From Candidatus Bathyarchaeota archaeon (GTDB taxonomy: Archaea > Thermoproteota > Bathyarchaeia > Bathyarchaeales > Bathycorpusculaceae): 64,000 nt of DNA. The stretch's first letter is position 1. Each line of letters starts with the position of its first letter. Positions 58,012 through 64,000 of the stretch are shown here, one piece after another. Both the position numbers and the translations under genes were made by a program. The notes below the pieces were generated by a model that saw nothing but the letters and a program-made list of their open reading frames with translations, was not told where the DNA came from and did no database searches. Location: assembly GCA_963733095.1 (NCBI GenBank), contig CAVTBV010000012.1, forward strand, positions 320,001 through 384,000, written 5' to 3'.

Positions 58012-58872
58012 ATGAACAAACTCGTACAGAAGCGATTCCAAGCAATCCTAATAATAATATCACTAGCCATGCTCGCCACCTCGGCTTCCTTAAGCATTAT
58101 ACCACAGGTTAACGCTCAAGAAGCAACTGTTCTAAGTGTGAACGGAGCGACAGGAACCCAACAAAACTATACCCTGACCCAACTAGAAGCCCTCCCAAGC
58201 GTAAACAATTACGGTGGATTCTATCAGCCAAACCAAAATCAAATCAACAGCGGTCTTTGGACGGGTGTTTCTCTGCTTTATCTCGGCGATCAGGTTGGCG
58301 GCATAACCACAACCAGCACTATAACAGTCAGCGGCCAAGGCATAAACAACTTTACCTATGACCAAGTAAACAACGGCATAAACCTCAACCAACAATACAA
58401 AACATACAACAACCAAACAGGGACAGAGCAAAATCAAACTCAACCCGTAACCATCATACTCGCATATCAAGTTAACGGCACCAACTTGCCCAGCAGCTCA
58501 CTGCCTGCCCCAAGACTCGTAATAGTTGGTCCAGAAGGCTTGCTTATGATTGGTTCAGGCGGAAAAAGCATCACACAAGTCAACGTTACAACGCCTGCGC
58601 CAGTTCCAACTCCGACACCAACCCCCACTCCAACTCCAACCCCTTCGCCCGCTCCAACACAGGTTCCAACGATAGCGCCAACCACATCACCAAGCCTATC
58701 ACCTACCCCAACCGAACAACCGACCGTTTCACCCACAACTACAAACAGCCCATCACCAAAAACAACCAACCCAAGTTCAAGTGAATGGCCAATCACCTAC
58801 ACCATAATAATCGCCGCAGTCGTCATCTCAATAATAATCGTTGCCGCAGCAATCTTGCTCAAACGAAAATAA
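58012..58872 (+). CDS. Surface-anchored protein with a molybdopterin-oxidoreductase-like domain and Pro/Thr linker
   Basis: ORF from 57976; likely start 58012 (AGGAG RBS). TLTQLEALP, WTGVSL, ILAYQVNG, PRLV; PT repeats, TM helix, KRK. Confidence 0.6.
   Translation: MNKLVQKRFQAILIIISLAMLATSASLSIIPQVNAQEATVLSVNGATGTQQNYTLTQLEALPSVNNYGGFYQPNQNQINSGLWTGVSLLYLGDQVGGITTTSTITVSGQGINNFTYDQVNNGINLNQQYKTYNNQTGTEQNQTQPVTIILAYQVNGTNLPSSSLPAPRLVIVGPEGLLMIGSGGKSITQVNVTTPAPVPTPTPTPTPTPTPSPAPTQVPTIAPTTSPSLSPTPTEQPTVSPTTTNSPSPKTTNPSSSEWPITYTIIIAAVVISIIIVAAAILLKRK
58594..58780 (+). repeat. Low-complexity Pro/Thr/Ser coding linker
   Basis: PAPVPTPTPTPTPTPTPSPAPT... encoded by ccaacn-type repeats. Confidence 0.7.
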
Positions 58873-58905
58873 CCGGGTTATGCAAACTATTTTCCTTAAT
58901 TAAAA

Positions 58906-59481
58906 CTACTCACAATTTCTTTTTTTATCTTCATCTTTTCGACGCGGAAACTGAACATGACGTATCCTACCCAAAATAATGCCAGAAATTACTCCACCAG
59001 CACCCCCGAAAATCAAGTGAGAAGCACCAGCAACGCCTATACCTACCAGAATAATGTTTGCGTTTGCAACTATCGCGCCTGTTATCGAATAGTTAACCAC
59101 CATCTTGACAAAGCTGCCAAAGGCACCCAAAATAAAACCAACAAAAATGTTAGTCAAATGACCCCTAAACGCCAACGCCAAAATATCCATAGTCAAACCC
59201 ATAGCAGTGTACTCGAAAACTTTAAGAGGACCTGTATCAGCCATTCCAACAAAACCTATCAACAAACCCGAAAGCACGCCAATGTAGGTACCCGCACCGA
59301 ATTTGCGTGTTAACCCAATCCCTATGATAAAGGGAATAACCCAGAAAATTGCTGTATGCCCCGGCAGCTGGATTGGAGTTCTAAAATAGGCCTTGAATAC
59401 GTAAACAAGCGCCGCCATAAGCGAAAGGAAGGAGACCTCGTATACCAGAAAATACTTTTTCCGTTTAAAACCGCGCATCAA
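58906..59481 (-). CDS. ECF transporter S-component-like membrane protein
   Basis: 191 aa with 5-6 TM helices; PGHTAIFW, KFGAGT.IG, HLIFG..GG. Confidence 0.6.
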   Translation of the reverse strand: MMRGFKRKKYFLVYEVSFLSLMAALVYVFKAYFRTPIQLPGHTAIFWVIPFIIGIGLTRKFGAGTYIGVLSGLLIGFVGMADTGPLKVFEYTAMGLTMDILALAFRGHLTNIFVGFILGAFGSFVKMVVNYSITGAIVANANIILVGIGVAGASHLIFGGAGGVISGIILGRIRHVQFPRRKDEDKKRNCE

Positions 59482-60254
59482 TCTAGCACGCTCGATTTGA
59501 GGTTTAACTGGAACCCGTCGCCTATTGCACCGTTCACCGCAACTAAGAGAATAAAGTCATCTTGCACTCGGTCGCCTGAAAAATCTACAAAGAACGTTCC
59601 TGTTGCATTACCAGTGCTGGTGACTTGTCCTGTGGGAACTTTGGGGTCGGTTGTTATGTGGATGGTGTTTAGACCGCCGCCTGCTTTCTCAAACTTCATA
59701 AAATACGTGTTGTTTCCAAAATCGTTGAAGGCTGCGCCAGCTTGATTTGCAACCTTAACGTAAACATGGCTATAGTCATTTAGGACTTCTGTTCCAGCCA
59801 AGGTGCTTGCGGTCTCAGGGTTAGCTGTTACATAATAACCGCTTGCCCCACTGCCTTCCACACGATTAGTCCAAGAGATACCACCGTTTGAACGAATGTA
59901 CCCATACACGTGAAACGCGGCAACTCCATTTAACCCCGTAAAAGAGTAATCCACCTGCACCCGTGGAAAAGTCGAGTTCAAATTCGAAGTTGCATTCAAA
60001 TCAACAAACATTAGGAAAAATCCATCGCCACCATTAACGTCCCCTCCTGGAACAATAGGCATCTTAAATGCGTAGGGTCCCCATGTTTGTGGACCATAAA
60101 CAAAGTTCTGTGCTGAGAAGGTTTCATCCAACTGGTAATTGCCATGCATTAAGCTTGCTTCCCTGTTCAGGTACACCCATTGGATGGCAAAGACAACTCC
60201 TACCAAAAGAGCAAAAACTGCAAATGCCGCTACCAACTTGTACTTGAACTGCAA
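59478..60254 (-). CDS. Exported hypothetical protein
   Basis: N-terminal TM/signal and a beta-rich body. Translationally coupled to its neighbours. Confidence 0.6.
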   Translation of the reverse strand: MQFKYKLVAAFAVFALLVGVVFAIQWVYLNREASLMHGNYQLDETFSAQNFVYGPQTWGPYAFKMPIVPGGDVNGGDGFFLMFVDLNATSNLNSTFPRVQVDYSFTGLNGVAAFHVYGYIRSNGGISWTNRVEGSGASGYYVTANPETASTLAGTEVLNDYSHVYVKVANQAGAAFNDFGNNTYFMKFEKAGGGLNTIHITTDPKVPTGQVTSTGNATGTFFVDFSGDRVQDDFILLVAVNGAIGDGFQLNLKSSVLD

Positions 60255-60255
60255 A

Positions 60256-60948
60256 CTATGCCCTCTTCAACGCCAACATACAACCTTCACTTTTCTCTAC
60301 AAACAAGACGGCTTTTCCATGTATGAATGAGGGGGTTGCGTTTTTCGGAATTCTCACGTTTCCCTCGTTTACTTCGTCGCCTTGTAGGGTTAGGATTTGG
60401 TCGATGCCAGAATCAATAATCTCTGACACGGACCGGAGACCAGCCAGTTCCCTGTTTTTGCCTTTCAAGAGAAACCTGCCGTCGTTACCCAGAGACGCTA
60501 AGCCTATACCCGCTACTGCGCCGATAATACCCCCGTTGGTGCCGCCTAAACCTTCAACACGAATGCTGCAGTTACCTGCGACGCTGAGGGCTCTTTGTTG
60601 AGTAACAATCATGTTTTTTACGTCTTGACCAAAAGCTACTGCCGCCGATTTGACTTGCTCGGTTGATGAGATGGCTAATCCTGGGTCGCTTCCCTCGATG
60701 AAGTCTGCAAACATTAGCCGTTTGGAGGTCGAGAAAATATCTTCCATGGCTGATTGCGACGCTTTAGCATGAATAACTGCGCAGCTATTGTGGGAAGTGA
60801 AGGGTATATCGGGGTGAACGAAAAGTTGGTGACGCGTGACACCGAAAATTTCATACTTGAGTGCAAGTTCGGCAGCTATGGTTCTGGCGAGCCGTCCTGT
60901 TCCTCTTGAACCCAACATGTCTGTGTCGTCTATCCCAACGTAAATCAT
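60256..60948 (-). CDS. TiaS N-terminal-domain-like protein (DDTD family)
   Basis: YVGIDDTD..GTG, RHQL...TSHNS, SDPGLA, GGT.GGIIGA.AGIGL. Lacks the OB and Zn-ribbon regions of full TiaS. Confidence 0.65.
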   Translation of the reverse strand: MIYVGIDDTDMLGSRGTGRLARTIAAELALKYEIFGVTRHQLFVHPDIPFTSHNSCAVIHAKASQSAMEDIFSTSKRLMFADFIEGSDPGLAISSTEQVKSAAVAFGQDVKNMIVTQQRALSVAGNCSIRVEGLGGTNGGIIGAVAGIGLASLGNDGRFLLKGKNRELAGLRSVSEIIDSGIDQILTLQGDEVNEGNVRIPKNATPSFIHGKAVLFVEKSEGCMLALKRA

Positions 60949-61291
60949 ATTTGGTCTCCGATGAAACGTTATGCGTAATAAAGCACATCGAACTAACTCT
61001 AATTAAAGTTTCTGAAACTTCTCATCAGAAATAATTTGCCATCAAATTTGGATCCCAATATCCAACCCTTGCACTGCACCGACAGATGGAGTGGACTTGT
61101 GAACCTATTTGGAGCCTAATTGAGGTTTTATGGAGAAACCTGAGAGGGGTAGGTCGTATTCGCGAAAAACAAAGGCAATAACATTGAAAATCGGTACTTT
61201 AGACAAGAAAACCAACTCTCTAAGAGAAGATCAGTCTATAACAAACAGCGTCAAAGCTAACGAAAAAGGCTCGTCAACCTTTTTAGTCAAC

Positions 61292-61498
61292 TTATTTTTT
61301 GCTTAGATACCACTTAAGGTATTCTTTTCTGCGGTTCTGTCTAACCTCGTCCTCAGTTTCATCAGCAGGCCTGTTCTTGTCATGCAAGTCATTGAGTTCT
61401 TGCCCCGTACAGGATAATCCGCAGCTTTTGCAGACATAGTGCTTGGTCAACGAGATATATTGTATTTCTCCACCGCACTCTGGACAGTAATTTACCAT
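61292..61498 (-). CDS. Small Zn-ribbon protein
   Basis: CPECGG...YVCKSCG and C-terminal EYLKWYLSKK. Confidence 0.75.
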   Translation of the reverse strand: MVNYCPECGGEIQYISLTKHYVCKSCGLSCTGQELNDLHDKNRPADETEDEVRQNRRKEYLKWYLSKK

Positions 61499-61596
61499 TT
61501 CTCAATTCTCTTTTACGGTTTATTAGTAATTCGTTTCTTGGAAGATATTAGTCTTCGCATGAATTTCCAAATTTTTTAGCCAAAAAAATAGTTATT

Positions 61597-62640
61597 TTAA
61601 ACGTGAGTGTACATTTTGTCGTTGCTGTATTTTCCTGTGGTCATTTCCTGTTCGATTTCTTTTAAGAGTAAAATGCGTTTGAAAGTGGGCGGGTGTGTCG
61701 CAAAGAGGCTGTTCATTTGAATCCAGGTGGATTTGGATTCTTTCTCCATAGCCAACTCCAACTCGCGTTCATCCAAAACGCCGTCATGGTCCAAGTCGTA
61801 CTCGTTTTTGTTTTCCATTATTCTTTGGACTTCCTGCTTTGCCATCGCAGGGTCTTCGATGTAGAATGCTCGCGCACCTTCGGGAGCTTTGGGTGAAATG
61901 GATAATCCGTAGGTGATTTTTGCTAACGCACTTTCTAGCTCATGGGGCGAGCCTGTAACGTAGGCTGAGTAGGCGTCAGCGTAGTGTTCTCGGAGCCTGC
62001 TAAGCCGCATAACAATCAGAAACGTAACTATGTAAACTATAAAAGCAATTACGCCGATGGCAATGATAACTGCGCCCGAGTTATCTTTGTTATTTCTTCT
62101 TCCGCCACTGAAAGCGCCTGCATACAAGGTTACTTGTGCAATGTAGTAAGCAATTAGCGGCAATGCTGAGAGCACCGTCATGACAATGTAGTCTTTGTGC
62201 TTAATGTGTCCTAGCTCATGGGCGATGACGCCTTTGATTTCAGCTTCATTCAACTGCTTTAGGAGCCCTTCGTGGACGGCTAATGTTGCGCTGCTGGATG
62301 TCCTACCAAAAGTGAATGCATTTGGTGTGTTGTTTGGAACTGTGGCAAGCCGGGGCATGGGAATGCCGCTTTTATCCGCTAACTCTTTAACAGTTGATTC
62401 AAGCCAAGGGTTCTCACCAAGCTTAAGATAATTCAAATGTGTTGTTGCAGCAACAATCGCTGGACCCACCGCATACTGGAACAGAATGAAGAGCGCAGAA
62501 CCGCCTAAAGCAATCAACACCCCTGTAAAAACATCTAACTGCAAAAAATAAACAATCACAAAAACAAGTAAGCCAAATATGAAGGCTGAGAGGAAGATGG
62601 AGGTTGCCATTGCGAACTTGAGTTGGGATAGACTAGCCAA
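61597..62640 (-). CDS. htpX: Zinc metalloprotease HtpX (M48)
   Basis: PNAFTFG, AHELGH, SRLREHYAD, FATHPP; TM helices. Confidence 0.92.
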   Translation of the reverse strand: MASLSQLKFAMATSIFLSAFIFGLLVFVIVYFLQLDVFTGVLIALGGSALFILFQYAVGPAIVAATTHLNYLKLGENPWLESTVKELADKSGIPMPRLATVPNNTPNAFTFGRTSSSATLAVHEGLLKQLNEAEIKGVIAHELGHIKHKDYIVMTVLSALPLIAYYIAQVTLYAGAFSGGRRNNKDNSGAVIIAIGVIAFIVYIVTFLIVMRLSRLREHYADAYSAYVTGSPHELESALAKITYGLSISPKAPEGARAFYIEDPAMAKQEVQRIMENKNEYDLDHDGVLDERELELAMEKESKSTWIQMNSLFATHPPTFKRILLLKEIEQEMTTGKYSNDKMYTHV

Positions 62641-62732
62641 GCACTTTGCCTCGGGTTGTTTTTCACAAGTATTACATTAGAGAATTAAGTCTTTCCCAAA
62701 ATTAAAGAAAAATTCAAAAAATAAAGGAAATT

Positions 62733-63731
62733 TTAGATGGGGTAAGCTCCGCAGGTCTTGCAGAACTGAATTTTGGTTTTGATGTAGCTGTGGCACTTGG
62801 GGCACTGCACGGCGCCTTCAACTTTTGGGAAAACGTCTTTTGGTTTGCCGAATTTCTCGCGGAAGACTTCGTAGTAGAGGAGCTGTTCTTTGTCTTGGAT
62901 TTCTACGTCGTCTGCAGCTTTTATGGCTGTTTTCTTCTCGTTGAATTCTTTGTCTGTTATCATGTCGTTGAAGTATGTACGCAGTGTTTCTGTTCCGGTA
63001 CCTGCTTCGAGCGGTGCTTTGGGTCTCCAGATGATGTCTTTTGGTATAACGTCTTCGTAGGCTTTTCGAAGAATCCATTTGCTGTATTTTACGCCGTTGT
63101 ACATGTTAATCTTGTATTTGATGGGTAGAGCCATGGCCCATTTCATGAATTCTGGGTCTCGGTAGGGCGCTTTGATTTGCATTCCAAGAGATACTGCCAT
63201 GGGGAACGATGAGAAACCCATTTCTGCCCACATTTCCTGTTGTTTCACAGCGAACTGTTCTTCTGTTAGGTGGAATTGCCATGGGTAACCGAATAGCTCG
63301 TCTAATGCGTCGCCTGTGAAAACGGTTTTAATTCCTTTGGGTTTTAGCAGGGTTAAGCCGATGTAGACGGGGAGGCTGTTTCTGATTTCCATTGGGTCGT
63401 ATTTTTTGAGTGCTTCGACGACTTTGGGGAAAAATTTCATTACGTCTTCTTTGCCGAATTGGTAGGTTTCGTGTTTTAGGTGGAGGAGTTCAACCATTTT
63501 TTTTACGTATTCGGTGTCTTTAGGCTGTCCATGTTTGAAGGCTAAGGTGAGGCATGGAATGTCGGGTTTGTATTTTACTGCTTCGTAGGCGATTATTTGG
63601 GTGTCAGTTCCAGCAGAGAAGAGGAACCCCTCTGCCATGTTTCTTTGGACACAGTCATTAACTAGTTTTTTGACATCGGGCAAGAGCTTGTTAACATCTG
63701 ATTCGTTAAGTGTCATTTCTATCCCTCGCAT
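62733..63731 (-). CDS. Asparagine-synthase C-terminal (PP-loop) domain protein with a Zn ribbon
   Basis: FSAGTDT (variant of SGGLDS), TGDALDELFGY, PY.D, KWILRKAY...WRPK, CPKC...CKTCG. No glutaminase domain. Confidence 0.8.
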   Translation of the reverse strand: MRGIEMTLNESDVNKLLPDVKKLVNDCVQRNMAEGFLFSAGTDTQIIAYEAVKYKPDIPCLTLAFKHGQPKDTEYVKKMVELLHLKHETYQFGKEDVMKFFPKVVEALKKYDPMEIRNSLPVYIGLTLLKPKGIKTVFTGDALDELFGYPWQFHLTEEQFAVKQQEMWAEMGFSSFPMAVSLGMQIKAPYRDPEFMKWAMALPIKYKINMYNGVKYSKWILRKAYEDVIPKDIIWRPKAPLEAGTGTETLRTYFNDMITDKEFNEKKTAIKAADDVEIQDKEQLLYYEVFREKFGKPKDVFPKVEGAVQCPKCHSYIKTKIQFCKTCGAYPI

Positions 63732-63932
63732 TACAGTGTTTGTCGTTCAGGCAGTATTTAAGTTTATCCGTATGCATATAAAAGCTGATAAAAAATAAAC
63801 ATCTGTGTTGAAAATAAAACCAACATTGAACAATCGACCACTGTACACCCTTTTTGATACATTTACATATCAACCAACTATGTTTAAATGCTCAAAAACA
63901 AAACTCAATACATCAAAAAGAGGCACACATCC

Positions 63933-64000
63933 ATGATAGTCAGCCTACTCCACATGGAAATACGCACCACACTACAAGACAACCTAAACGCAGCACAAAC
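63933..64000 (+). CDS. Start of an ORF truncated by the window end (possibly carbon-nitrogen hydrolase)
   Basis: AGAGG RBS then MIVSLLHMEIRTTLQDNLNAAQ. Too short for a firm call. Confidence 0.3.
   Translation, partial: MIVSLLHMEIRTTLQDNLNAAQ

Noticed and set aside
60949-61291. Cobalamin or other riboswitch upstream of the ECF-like operon
   Set aside because: No B12-box or other recognisable riboswitch consensus on either strand.
853-63798. Many short ORFs in the track that overlap long genes (e.g. 1139..1735, 36254..36916, 57243..57794)
   Set aside because: Antisense or alternate-frame shadows of well-supported genes, with no recognisable motifs.

Overview
Archaeal DNA: TATA-type promoters, U-tract terminators, TrmB/Lrp regulators and a GPN-loop GTPase. 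The gene content resembles Bathyarchaeia, which is an inference. Roughly 1-53 kb is a dense accessory cluster with two interleaved parts. (i) Eight paralogous ~870-970 aa secreted, C-terminally anchored PQQ-like beta-propeller/Ig proteins, all on the - strand. All are predicted to begin with His-x-Pro after signal cleavage, and one is split by a +1 frameshift. (ii) A large tailoring-enzyme set: six cobalamin-binding radical SAM enzymes, two SPASM (NirJ/Ahb-like) radical SAMs, one HemN-like radical SAM, two Dph6-like PP-loop ATPases, CbiB/CobD, an amidohydrolase, a class I methyltransferase, a bacterial-type MetK and an orphan rnfD-rnfC pair. Non-coding signals: a ~95-100 nt structured element in three copies, each paired with a TTGTNACAA palindrome upstream of a surface-protein gene; an array of (AAC/AAG)n...(GTT/CTT)n hairpins with compensatory changes; and a candidate A-AAA-AAG -1 frameshift at the start of a second propeller gene. 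From 53.9 kb onward the content is mostly housekeeping (RidA, GPN GTPase, CinA-like, HtpX) plus an ECF-S-like uptake locus. No CRISPR array, tRNA, rRNA or transposase was seen. All family calls come from motifs read by eye; no database searches were run.
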